Shown here: one piece after another, positions 1 to 12,502 of the stretch
How the letters are laid out: every line of letters begins with the position of its first letter
How positions within the stretch are numbered: position 1 is the first letter of the stretch
Assembly: GCF_009914755.1 (NCBI RefSeq)
Contig: NC_060926.1
Source of the DNA: the human T2T-CHM13v2.0 reference genome, Homo sapiens
Length of the DNA: 64,000 nucleotides
Direction: 5' to 3' (one strand)
Position numbers and translations under genes: made by a program
Notes under the pieces: model-generated
Told to the model about the DNA's origin: nothing
What the model saw: only the letters and a program-made list of their open reading frames with translations
Databases searched by the model: none

Positions 1-1939
1 GATCAAGGAGCACCAGATGTTGCAATCACTGCCTGCAGCCATATCAGATACCCCAATAAGAACCGCCTCGCTGAGTCCAGTCAGCACCCAAAACCATGAG
101 AAGTCATAATAACAACAAGTGATTGCTGTTGATTTGTTCCACCAAGTCATGTAACAATAGACAAATGATGCAGAGAAGAATAGGCCCTAGAATGAGCAAG
201 AGCCCCACCTAGTATCAGATCTTGTGACTTGAAAGTTTCCCTTCCCATCTAGGAACAGCCTCTCAATCTCTATTCCTCTAAAATCTACTAGACAATATCC
301 TTGTTTGATTCTCTATAGATATTTTAGTGTTAATCTTTCCTTGAAGTTTAAGACAGGTCATCCAAACACAGCTGAAGGTAAATCGGAGTGTTGGAGATGA
401 TGCCACTCTAAGGCATAGTAAGCCAGTTTTCTAAGAGTTGAGATAACACATAATGATAAATTACCTACGACAAACACAATATAACTGTTACTTGGATTAA
501 TAACCCTCTTTTTCTCTTCACATCTCATCAGTTCCCTCTGTCATCTAAATACATTCCTATGCCAGGAATAGAATTTCAGAAAACAGTTTACTTTGCAAAT
601 TCAAAAGTATCTCAAATTTAGGGAAAAGAAAGTGAGATGAAAGTTTCAGTGAAGTCTTCTCCAAAGCTAAAACAATCATTTGAAAATAGATGCCCACAAA
701 TGTTGCAGCTTGATTTATAGAGGCAAATAATTCAGCATTAAATGAGGAGCAACATGATTGCTAAGAGTATATATGTTTAAACTGTGTCAACAGCTATTAC
801 ACTGTGAAGAGGGATTTGGATTTTGAACATCTTGTCAAGTCAAGAGACGTTGTTTACATTTCACTGCTCACTTTATTTCTGCTACCGAGAATGAGATTTG
901 ACTTCTTCCAAAGAACTCATTGCTACAAGGAAGGGTAAATACAGAGAGTAGTCAAGGTGATCTCACAGGGGAGAAGGTAACTAAGCATCCAAATTGAAAC
1001 ACTTAAATTTAAACAGCTGTAAAACATGTAATCAGCCATTCAAAATGTAATTGTCAAAACTGGCTACACTTACCGAACATTTCACTCTGCATTTGTTTGA
1101 AATGTTTTGAAACTCTAAGTTTAGGTTGAACATTATATTTGGTTAGCAGGGAAAATTTTGCCTATTCTGATTTACAGTGAACTACAGGAAGCTAATAAGT
1201 TGCCTGGGAGATACTGACTGAAACTATGATCTGCATAGGTCACTTAGTTACTAATTGGTTATGGGAAAGGCATGGCTAAGCCTACTGCACTGAAGATTTG
1301 AAACTATGAACACCACACACAGGAGGAACCTTAACCCTTAGCAGTCAAATGCTGCATGTAATAATATGCAGAAGAGGAAAATCTATCCTTTAAGTTTGTT
1401 AAGAACCAGCAGTTTTAGGAGGAATCATTTGCCATTCTCTGACAGTTTACATGTGTTTCCCTGAAAAATGAGATAAAGTAAAATAAAACAAAAATAAGCA
1501 CAAGTTTACTCAGAGATGATGAAACCCCAAACTAGATTGGTGGTTGAGAAACATGATATTCATGGCCTTCATAGTAAAAGCATTGTTGTTAAGCACTCTA
1601 CTCTCATTACCTCTTTTAGCCCTTGTAACTGCTGTGATGGATATGTCTATATCTCCCCCTCTATATTTGAGGAAACTGATGCTTAAAGAGACTAAGAAAT
1701 AGGTTCAGCAACCATCCTGATTTGCCCGAGACTGAGAGGTTTCCCAGGTTGCAGAATTTTCACTCTTAACACCAGGAGACTCCTGGGCAAACCAGAATGG
1801 TTGGTCACCTTATGCAGCAGCAGGTCACTTACTTACTAACTGGTTATGGAAAAGGCATGGCTAGGCCTACTGCACTAAAGCTTTGAAAGCAACTCCACAT
1901 GGCAGCAAGCATTTCTTTCTGTGTTATAGGGTATCTTAC

Positions 1940-2233
1940 TTTTTTGGAGACAGGGTCTTGCTCTGTCACCCAGGCTGGAGTGCAGTGATACAACTATAGC
2001 TCACTGCAGCTTCGAACTCCCGGGCTCAAAGGAGCCTCCCACCTTAGCCTCCCAAGTAGCTAGGATGACAGGTGCCTGCCACCATGTCTGGCTAATTTTT
2101 TAATTTAAAAAATTTTAAATTTTGGGGTCTCACTATGTTTCCAGGGTGATCTCAAACTCCTGGACTCAGGCGACCCTCCTTCCTCACCTTCCCAAAGTGC
2201 TGGGATTACAGGCATGAGTTGCCATGTCCAGCC
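1940..2233 (-). mobile_element. Alu (AluJ-like)
   Basis: Reverse Alu dimer with TSD TTATAGGGTAT on both sides. Confidence 0.92.
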
Positions 2234-3589
2234 TTATAGGGTATTTTTCATTGTACTGATTTAGATATTCAACCCTCTCCACCCATCCTTAGACCTGAGA
2301 GATACTCACTCCATATGATCTGCTAAACCATCCAAATGTGAACATCCTCCCGTGCCCCTGAGGCTGAAATGGCAGCATTCACATGTATCTGATACAAAAT
2401 CTTATTTTTATGATAGAGAAAACTAAAGCTCAGAGAGGTTTAAGTAGTTAACCAAGGTGCCATTTAACTTGACTTCTGTAAATCACCTTGAGACTTAAAG
2501 GAACAAATTGTTTTTCCTTTAAATTAGAAATCTTTAATACCTGGATTAGGTTCAAAGGGTAAACTGTCAAGGGTAAATTTCAAGAGAGATAATATTTCAA
2601 ATTGGTGGTATCGAATGATAAAAATACATAATCTGTAATGTGTATTTGCAAGTAATTAATTCGGCTGTAGAAGGCAAGAAAACAAACAGGATGGGTGAAG
2701 CTCAGAAGATGCATTAAGCATAGATAAGTAAATTAGTAATCTGTAAGACGTGTTCAATATAAATAAGGTAAGTGGAGCATATGCGTGTGAAAATAGAAAT
2801 GGTTGAAAGGACGAAGTGACTTTAACTATTCATGATATACTAATTATATATCAAGCATGTGTGTTCCCAACTAGTCACATTACATGAAGTATGTAATGTA
2901 ACGTGTAAGTACTCAGAAGAGGAACTCTTGAACTATATATGAAAGGTAAGTTTTCTAGAAGAGGTGATACCTAAACCAAATTCTTAAGGCTCTGAGAAGG
3001 TAAGGGTGGGCTGGGGAGGGGCATTCAGATGGAGACAACCATAGGTAGTTGGGTATATGGATGGATACAGGGTAAGGAATCACTGTAGGTTAATTCTATG
3101 AAAATGATTGAAGTCAAAACGGAAGCACAGTCTAAAAAGTATGCAGGATGGAACTCAAGGAGCTCACAGACTGTCAAGGAAAGAGGACGATATGTAGCAT
3201 CTGACTTACTTATATTGCAAATAACTCAAAGCATGTATTAATATCTTTAGTAATAATAGATCCAGGTTGGGCCTTGGGAATAGGTATAGATTTGGACTTA
3301 TCATGTCAAAAGACATTAATGTTCAAAAATTTTATTACCATGTCATCAAAAATGTCTTTACTTAGGAACCTAAGAGGTTTTCTTTTAATACTAATACAGC
3401 AACTGAAAAGAGTAAAACCTTGACATGCATCTGTTAAAGTCCCATCTATAGTCATCATTATCATCATTGTTACCTTTATTATTTAAGTAAATCTAGACTG
3501 TGTTAAATAACCACCACACATTATCTTACTTAATATGTAATACTATAAAGTACTATACAATATGCTATACTAATATTATAAAATAGGTA

Positions 3590-4292
3590 CAATAGTCCCC
3601 CACTTATCCATGGGGGATAAGTTCCAAGACCCCAGTGGATACCTGAAACCTAGAAGAGTACCACACCTGATGGCCATCAATTGGAATACACTTCTGTTCA
3701 TGTCTTCCATTCACAAGTTTAATGCCTTTTCCATTTAACCAAGCACTTAGCATGCACTGTGGCTGTAATTTCTGCAATTTGCGATGTGACAACCAAACTG
3801 GCAGAAATTTCTTTTCCTTCTTCACAATTTCACAGATAGAACATCTTAGCAATCTCAGCATATGATTCTTTTCCTTCCTAAAGTTGACAACTTTTATCTT
3901 TCACTTAAAGGAAGCAACTGACAGCTTCTTTTTGGCATATTCAAATTGCTAGTATCCTTCCTCTTGCACTTTGGAGCCATTATTAAGTAAAATAAAGGTT
4001 ACATGAGTCCAAGCGCTGGGCTGCCAGGACAGTCAATCTGATAACCAAGACAGATACTAAGTGACTAATAGGTGAGTAGTGTGTACAGCGTGCAGGCTCT
4101 GGACAAAGGGAGGATTCATGTCTCAGGGAGGACAGAGCAGGACAGCACGAGATTTCATCATGCTACTCAGAAGGGTACAAAATTTAAAACTTAAGAATTG
4201 TTTATTTCTGGAATTTTCCATTTAATATTATCAGGTTGACCAGGGCTAACTGAAACTGCAGATTGTGAAACTGTGGATAATGGGAGACTACT
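3590..4292 (-). mobile_element. MER44/Tigger7-type DNA transposon relic
   Basis: Inverted termini CA(A/G)TAGTCCCCC..TTATCCA and TGGATAATGGGAGACTAC. A TA precedes the left end. Confidence 0.75.
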
Positions 4293-4339
4293 CTTGACTT
4301 AAATAGACTTTAACTGAAAATGAGGCTCTGAGAGTTGAA

Positions 4340-4474
4340 GTTTATACAATCAAGAAGTGGCAAAGTTGGCCTAAAAAGCCTAATGTATATGATTCCAAAA
4401 CAATAAGGTTTGTATCTAGAATCAGATACATTAGGCTTCTTAGGCCAACTTTGCCACTTCTTGATTGCATAAAC
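4340..4474. repeat. Near-perfect inverted repeat (56-bp arms, 23-nt loop)
   Basis: Arms 4340-4395 and 4419-4474 are reverse complements with 3 mismatches. Confidence 0.93.
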
Positions 4475-5672
4475 ATTATCAGAAATAGATTCTGATAATA
4501 AATATTTTAACAATTAGACTTTAGTTAACATAACTCAAGTCAGTACAAATTTCAACAAAGCTGATAGTACCAGGAGTCGTTCCAAGTGCTTTTCATGATT
4601 ATATAACACTTTTCTATTCTTCCATAGCCATGAGCAAAAAGCAAGAAGCACAATCTGAGTGCCAACCCTGCCCACAATGTTCAGTAGACAAAAATTTCCC
4701 ATGATACTCAAAATTGCCTGGTGCAGTCTCACCTACCACCAATACCACTGTGAGGATTTATTTAGCAGATTCATGATCTATGCATTCTTCACCATCAACA
4801 TGAAAGGCTAAATAGCATCACAACATTAACCTTTCTCCAGAGTAATTTATATACCATTAAGAGATGCAGTCTGTCAAAGGAAAAATGCCACTGATGGTAG
4901 AATTTTAATCATTGACAAACATCTTTAGGAGACATTTTGTGGTTTTCTTTTTTTTAGATTAGGGAAGGGAGATAGAGATAGGATGTCAGGGGGTATGATA
5001 GAGAGTAGTTTGGGGAAAAGCAAACCCTCTCTTGCCATAGGTCCCTCACTTTATTTGTAATGACTCTACCTCTGGATCATAAATATTGGGAAAAAAATCA
5101 TTAATGAGTGCAAATTGTTGTAAATGACAAAATAGAAAGTTATTAGTCTTTAGCTACACATATGTATGTGTGTGTTATCAATACACTGCTCTAAACACTA
5201 CATGGTGTGTTATGAATTTACCACTAAAAACATTATGCATAAATTGGAACAATTATCTGTATCACGAGGTAAGATCTACCTGTCAAAACAAGGGGCTTAT
5301 AGTGCCAGGAAATGGAGTGGGAGGATTTTATGGCATACCCCAGGAGAGGCACTCGTGATTAGCGGTCCACTTCCCATAAGACAACCAAAGTCAGTTGACT
5401 GGTGAAAACCAAAATTCAGTGGCTTCCAGGGCCACTTCTACTTAGAATACCAAGAAAAATGCTTCTGCTGTCCACTCACCTGCAAAGAATGGAAGGACCT
5501 TCTCCAACTCACAGGAAATGCATTTCTTTCCAACCTGAAGAATTAAGAGTTCGCTAGTCATTCTCCCTACTTTTTGTTTTCTTTCCTGTATCTTGGTCAA
5601 AAGTGTGGGAAAATCGAGGCATGCTAAAGATATTTTGAGCTCTCCTAATCCTCAGTTAAAATTGTCTGCTCT

Positions 5673-5790
5673 GCTGAGGCAGGAGAATGGCGTGAACCCG
5701 GCAGGCAGAGCTTGCAGTGAGCCGAGATCGCGCCACTCTTGGACGACTGAGTGAGACTCTGTCTCAAAAAAAAAAAAAAAAAAAAAAGAA
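5673..5790 (+). mobile_element. 5'-truncated AluY-like right-arm fragment
   Basis: Diagnostic GAATGGCGTGAACCCGG...GAGCTTGCAGTGAG, a long A tail, and TSD GTCTGCTCTG. Confidence 0.9.
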
Positions 5791-7879
5791 GTCTGCTCTG
5801 GAGAATGGTAATGAAATGTAATAAGAGCTCTAGAATGAAACCCCATACGTAAAAACTTTTCATCACACCAACTGGTTATTCTTTCTGAGATGGGCCTGAA
5901 ATTAAACCAATCTTTAAAGACAGAAGTTCATAGCAATCTCTAGGATGAGAAAACCTGGGCTCATTCATTCATTCATGCATCCATTCATTCTTTCTTTCAA
6001 CAATATTTACCAAGTGAATTCTAGGTGATGCTGCACTTCCATGTCTTCTTGTTGAGCGTTGAAGCAGAAAACGAGTGGGAGCCAAACCATGACAATTCAA
6101 TGCCTGACACTGAGAAACTAGAAAATTCAAATGCAGATGGGGCTTCATTTTTGTCTACTGATAATGTTTTTGAAAGCCTTGATTTCCTCCCCACAACTGA
6201 ATTCCCAATAAAGGTATGGAAAGTTCATTGTGCAATGGCCGGGGAATTCCTGGGTCACTTGCACCGCTTGAAGAAGCGATTAGGGATGGGGTCACTGTGT
6301 TCCCCAGTGACTGTAGTAAAGAGCTGGGAAGTCAAGGACCCAGTCACTTTCTGAGCTTTTGTTTCCTCAGATTTCAAATAGGCATTAAAAAAACAAAACA
6401 AAACAAACCTATTTCAAGAAGAATTAAAGAGAGAACTTCCACAAAGAACCTGATCATGGTATGTGAGATAACATACAAAATTGCTAAGTCAGGAACTTGA
6501 ACCAAAGACCTTCTGGTTCAATTTGCAAGAGATCTACATAGCCACTTGAGAGGGTCAGACAAAAATTTTACTATTAAAGGAGGGCTTGACTGTTTTTCTC
6601 TGGACTCCTGACCACTCAGGGGCCATGTGATGTGTTCTGAGAAATGGTGTCACGGCAGTAAAAGATAGTGGCCTTCTTCAGAGTCATGCCTTACAGAGCC
6701 TCCTTAGTGTTTCACCTGGACAAAAAGAAAAACAGAATTTCACAGAAAATTAAAGCCTTACTCTCTTTCTTTGACAAAGATATTTGGCAAGATTCATCAT
6801 ACAATTCCACAAGCATTAGTCATTGAAGGATCCAAAGCACGGACTGAAGAACAGAAAAACCTGCTGATACAAGTCCCTTCTCAGGAATGGCTTGGACTGA
6901 CCAGGCTGGTTCTTCCACCCAATTTGGCCAATGGATTTCAAAGACAAAGTTTTGGACTTGAATTTCGGTAACTTTAAGTCTACGGAAGAAACTTATCGTT
7001 TTGACAAACTTGAAATATGATTTGTGTGTACTTGTCTATTCTATCTAATGAGAGATGGCAAACTCCTTAAGAACAAGAATTGTGTTATGTCTGGCACATT
7101 GTAGGTGCTCAAGAAATATATTCACTACATGAATAAATAAATAAAGGTCAACAAAAGCCTGCAAAATAGTTTGTGTGATTATTTTTTGGAAAGTTTTAAT
7201 GATAAAGAGTGTGGTAAAAATTAAATAGAATAATAAGAAGAAATGAATCCACGAATTCATGTTATTTAAAAAAATTTGAAATTTTAAAAATAACAAATAA
7301 AAATAAAAATAAAAAAATAAAAAATAACTTGAAAAGAAAGCCAATATATCCAGAAAAGCAGAGCCTGAGAAACTGCAGAAAAATGGAGCAGAAGCCTACT
7401 TTATCTCTGGACTTAGTGTTGAGACAATATGTTTCCTCATTGCTTAAGCCAGTTTTTCTATTATTTGCAGTGAAAAAGTGCTATAATTGATTCAAAATCA
7501 ATGCATTTGCTTCCAGTGGGGCATATTCTTTCCAATAACCACAAGGCATTGGTTGCTTCCCCTAGACACTCCTTCCTCTATTGGAAGATCTGGGAAACCA
7601 AATTAGTTATTGGAAATTTCTCTGCCTCAACTCCTCCCTTCCCTCCTGAGGGTGAGTTCTTTAAAAGAGAATGGGATGAATTTTCAGAGAGCTTGAAATA
7701 CATTTTTAGAAATCCTGTTGAAGTACTGTGACCCAGAAACAAGGTCCCCTCTCCAGTGACTGAGAGATTCAAGACACTCCACAGTGAGAACTTTTTTTTT
7801 CTTCTTGAACAATGGTGAAGACCCTCTGTCCTTGTCTTCTCCTTTGCTTCTCTTTGTGTAGACCATCATTGTTCAAAAA

Positions 7880-8160
7880 GTGTACATCACATGAGCTTCT
7901 CATGCAAACTACATATATGTAATTTAAATTTTTCTAGTAGTTACATTTAAAAAGTAAAAAGAAATAGGTGAAAATAAAGTTAAATTTATTATGTTTTATT
8001 TAACCCAATATATCTAAAATATCACTTCAACGTGTAATTAACATAAAAACTATAGAGTTATTTTACATTTTTTTATACTAAGTCTTCAAAATCCTGTGTG
8101 TATTTTACACTTAGAGCACACTGCAATTTGGACCAGCCACATTTCAAGTGCTCAATAGAC
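7880..8160. mobile_element. MER33/MER3-like hAT relic
   Basis: Typical segments TAATTTAAATTTTTCTAGTAG...CAATTTGGACCAGCCACATTTCAAGTGCTCAATAG. Confidence 0.65.
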
Positions 8161-8814
8161 AGCACAGTTGTAGCCACACACAAATCTCCTTTACTTCTGT
8201 TACAGCATAAAACTCTTAGACACACAGCGTTTAGCATCTAATTAATTATGTAACTGTATTACACTGTTATTGCAATAATCATTAAACAAGTGTCATTCCA
8301 ACCCCCTATCTGTTTTAATGCAATCTTACATGAAACAGTTTCTTATATTGAGATATAGGCCAGTCTTGATGGGTATAGAGATGTCATTCCTCTTTATCCA
8401 AAGATTTCCTTATTATTCTTTACTGAATGTCACATTTACAGCTATTAGATGGGAAGATTATAATTTATTCTAGAAACTTCTATTTTTAAACTATGTATTA
8501 ACCAAAATTACACATGTATGGGGTACCTGCTTATTTCTAGTAAGCCCACTAGCTGATGTAGCAAATAGGTAGCCAGGCCAAAAGCAAAATTTTGATAGTT
8601 GGCCTTTTGTTTAAAAAGTGTTTTATATCTGATTAGCTGAATTCTAACTATCTTAGGAAATAAATCAACTAACAGTGTAAGAGACAGTCTACTATGGTGG
8701 AAAGAGATAAACTTCAGAGTCAAACAAACTTAACCCTATCACTTACTAGCTTTGTAATGGTGGATATATTCATTAGCTTCTCACTTGTAGAATGAGAATA
8801 ATAATATATTATGT

Positions 8815-9270
8815 CTGAGACTGCTAGTTTTATCCCAATATCCATTCTCCCCTTCTTCATCAGTAAATAACCACCAAAAGTTAGCTAGACACAGATGCCC
8901 AGAAAAAAGTCCATGTTTTCAGCCCTTTCTTGCAGCTAGATGTGTTTATGTGGTTAAATACTGGACACTGAGGTCAAAATAAAAGCGGTGTCTGTAACTT
9001 CCAGGAAGTATCCTTTTAAAAAGCAGGGAGAATGCTATTTTCTTCCTTATGGCTAGAATTCAGACATGATGGGTGGAGCTAGAGAAGTCATCATGAACCA
9101 TGAAATGTAAACTGTGTTGAGAACAGTAGAACAAGAGCAGAGCCCTGGGTCTCTCCTGATCATGGAATCGCCACCAAAGCCCAGGGTTTTAGAAAAGAAA
9201 GAAATGCATTTCTATTTTTTTGAGCCATTGTTGTTACTTATTTTCTCTAACTTGCTGCTGAACCTAACAC
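8815..9270 (+). mobile_element. Old MLT1 (MaLR) solo LTR
   Basis: MLT1-like CCATTCTCCCCTTCTTC...TTGCAGCTAGATGTG and a 3' end GAGCCATTGTTG...TTGCTGCTGAACCTAA. Confidence 0.55.
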
Positions 9271-11716
9271 ATGCTTAATCCGTAGCATCTTTTTGAGGAT
9301 TAAATGGGATGGCATATGTAGTCCACTTTGTACAGGGCTTGGCACCTGGGAATGCAGGTGCTTAATATAGGACTGTTTTTATTACTAGCATAAAATATCT
9401 CCTTAAAAGGGTCACTATAAGGGTCAGATGAAACCTATAAGTGAGCTTGCTTTTCAATCTGTAAATCTGAGAATCACTGTATAAATGTTGGTCATAATTA
9501 TCATCATCACCATTAAATTATTACAAGGAACTGGCTAACTGCCAGCATGCTCTACTATGATCAATCTATATTTAGGTCAATTAAAAATAGATAGATACAG
9601 ACTTCTTTGCTTTTGTTAGGTTTACTTAACTTTAGTCAACTGTGAATGATTGATTATAGGCTTGCCATTACATTGTTGCTTCAGAGCTTAGATGAAACAC
9701 TCATTTGGGTAGTATAAAGAAAGCTTAGAACTTGATGAGGCTATGACATCTTTTATTCATTTACTTTTACCTTAAAAAGTTCTCTATTACAAAAATCAAT
9801 ATAGTGTTTGTTGTTAAAATAAATTATAGAGACATGAGTAAAGTGAAAGAAGAGAGTTCACCCCCTTCCTTCTTTTCCATCCCATTCTTTAGAATTAACC
9901 ATATTACAATGTAACCAATTATTCCTTGTATGTAAATATCATTTTTATATAATGGGATATACACATGTATAATATACATTTTCTATTTCCAAATGAAAAA
10001 CAAAATCTTTTTTTTGCAGAAAGTTCAAAGTTGTTGAAAAGAAAATCTTTTGCAACAGCTTTTTTGATTTGTTCGTTTCCCAATTTAAAATGTCTCCTGG
10101 GCATCTTTCCATGTAAATACATATTCATCAATCCCATTTTAAAAACCATATACAGAGTCATTTAAACATTTTTACTAATTAATTATTGGAAAATTGTTTG
10201 TAAAATAAAGGAGACTGCCCTTAAAATAAAATAGCAACTTAGCTAGGATTAAATTAGGCAATTCAGAAAAATGCTTAGCAAATGTTTGGCAGATTGTAAA
10301 TGATTGATAAATAAATATTAGCCATTATGATATTGATGATAGTGATGATTAAAGATGACTATCTCTCTAAGCTCACTCTCAATAAATTTCTGTTGTCAGA
10401 GAGATGGTTTATTTTATTTAATTGCCCAATATGTACATTTATATATAATATTCCCATTTTATATTTTCATTTTAAGGACGTACTTGGCTGTGTTATATGG
10501 TGGAGGTGGGTGCCGTGTTCTGGAAGGACTGTCAGACTCAAGTTGGTTCTCTTCAGGATCTGCCCAACCCATGGCGACCTAGTACAGTGCCAAAATTGAA
10601 CAAAAAAAATACAATCCATCCATCTGTCAGTTAGTGAGGCAGCAAAGAAGGTATTTAGCTTCTAGGACATTTAAAAACCTAAGTTAATTCTATCTAAAAG
10701 AAAGACATCTGTGGGGTGGGACTCGCCTCCTCTGAGCCTTTGAGACCAGTGGGGATTTAAACAGGTATAAATAATGACTCTTGAATAGCCACCAGACAGC
10801 CAGTGGTGCAACCTACTCTAGGGAGATGAGTCACAGGCTGAGCCGTGGGTAGTAAGTCCCTAGGAGAAGGGAAGAGGGGTGTCTGGGATCCCAGGAAGAG
10901 CAATAAATGCAGTCTGTCAGCTCCGCAGCAGAGGAGGGGCTGTGACAGCAGCCCTCACCCAGAAGGGGTGAATGGTAAATCTACCTCAATAGACAGTGGC
11001 CTGTGCATTGTAAATCTGATCATTTTGCTGTGCCCAAAACATCTTAAGTATAATTATACCAAAGCCTGAAAAAAGACTGGCTAAAGAGAAAACTAAAATA
11101 GATTTTTTAAAATGCAAACACACAATTCTGCCTACAAAAATGTTAAGTGCCAAGGAAAATATTGTTAAAATCCAAGAGGACCTCCTTTCCTAAGCTGCAG
11201 TGTTCAGGAATTTATATGTATATAAGGTTGGTAGTGACCATGGACAAATCATTGCCTACACCTCTGCCAGAACATCTGTCATTTCTCATGAAGCCGGAAC
11301 TTTAAATGTCACAACTAGATCAGAAATAACATTGATATCAGAACCATCATGTACTTTTTTTCTGCTCTGCATGTGAGCATCTGGGGTGCCTAAAATCCAA
11401 CCCTCACAGCTCTTGAAAAGTCCTGTGTCTTGCAGAAGGGATGCCTTTCAGTGATGCATCCGTGAGGAGGCGGCGCCTTTTGATAATTCACACAAAGGTC
11501 TTGCTAGTAGAGGGAGGCCTTACCTTGACTGGAGGAGAGACCTACGTTTGGATCTCGGCTAAAGTATCTTCCAAGAGCAACATTCTTGTTAGCATAACAT
11601 GCCATTTTCATGTCCTACAGATTCATAGATTTATGGAGTTTTGAACTAGTTAAATGCCTTAGAAATGACCAATACCCACCCATTTTGTTGATAAGGGACC
11701 TGAAGCATAGAGAAGT

Positions 11717-12502
11717 CAGATAGTTTGAATATTTGTCCCTACCCAAATCTCATGTTGAATTGTAATCTCCAGTGTTAGAGGTGGAGCCTGGTGGGAGGTG
11801 TTTGGATCATGGGGGCAAATTCCTCATGAATGGCTTGGGCCATCCCCTTGGTGATAAGTGAGCTCTGAGTTAACACTGAGATCACATAGTTTAAAAGTGT
11901 GTGGCACCTCCCTCACACCTCAACTCTCTTTCTTTTGCTTCTGTTTTTGCCTCATGATGTGCCTACTCTCCCTTGACTTCTTTTTGAGACAGGGTCTCAC
12001 TCTGTCACTCAGGCTGGAATGCAATAGTGCAATCATAGCCCACTGTAGCCTTGAGCTGCCAGGCTTAAGCAATTCTCTCACCTTAGCCTCCCAAGTACAT
12101 GAGACCATACGCATGCACCACCATGCCCAGGTGATTTTTGTATTATTTTTGTAGAGATGGGGTTTTGCCTTGTTTCCCAGGCTGGTCTCTAAATTTTGTG
12201 CCATGCACCACCATACTCAGATGATTTTTGTATTTTTTTGTAGAGATGGGGTTTTGCCATGTTTCCCAGGCTAGTCTCTAAATTTTGTGCCAAGCGATCT
12301 GCCCCCATTTGGCCTCTCGATGGGCTGGGATTACAGGCATGAGCCATCACCACACCTGGCTTTGCTTTCTGCCATGATTGGAAGCTTCCTGAGGCTGCTA
12401 TTCTTCTTGCACAGCTTGCAGAACTGTGAGCCAAACTTCTTATTTTATAAATTATCCAGTCTCGGATATTTCTTCATAGCAGCACAAGAATGGCCTAATA
12501 CA
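11717..12502 (+). mobile_element. MST (MaLR) solo LTR interrupted by an Alu
   Basis: Start GATAGTTTGAATATTTGTCCCTACCCAAATCTCATGTTGAATTG; end GCAGCACAAGAATGGCCTAATACA. Confidence 0.85.
11980..12360 (-). mobile_element. AluJ-like element with an internal ~90-bp tandem duplication
   Basis: Reverse Alu in which segment ~12113-12202 is repeated at ~12203-12292. Confidence 0.88.

Larger units (their letters stand above)
2528..10582 (+). pseudogene. Putative decayed multi-exon gene, family unknown
   Basis: Blocks at 2528-2767, 5154-5268, 5446-~5548, 6025-6213, 6780-6967, 7517-7651 and 10477-10582. Donors GTAAGT, GTAAGA, GTATGG, GTAACT and GTGAGT. Five of six junctions are phase-matched and four blocks are fully open. 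Confidence 0.45.
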
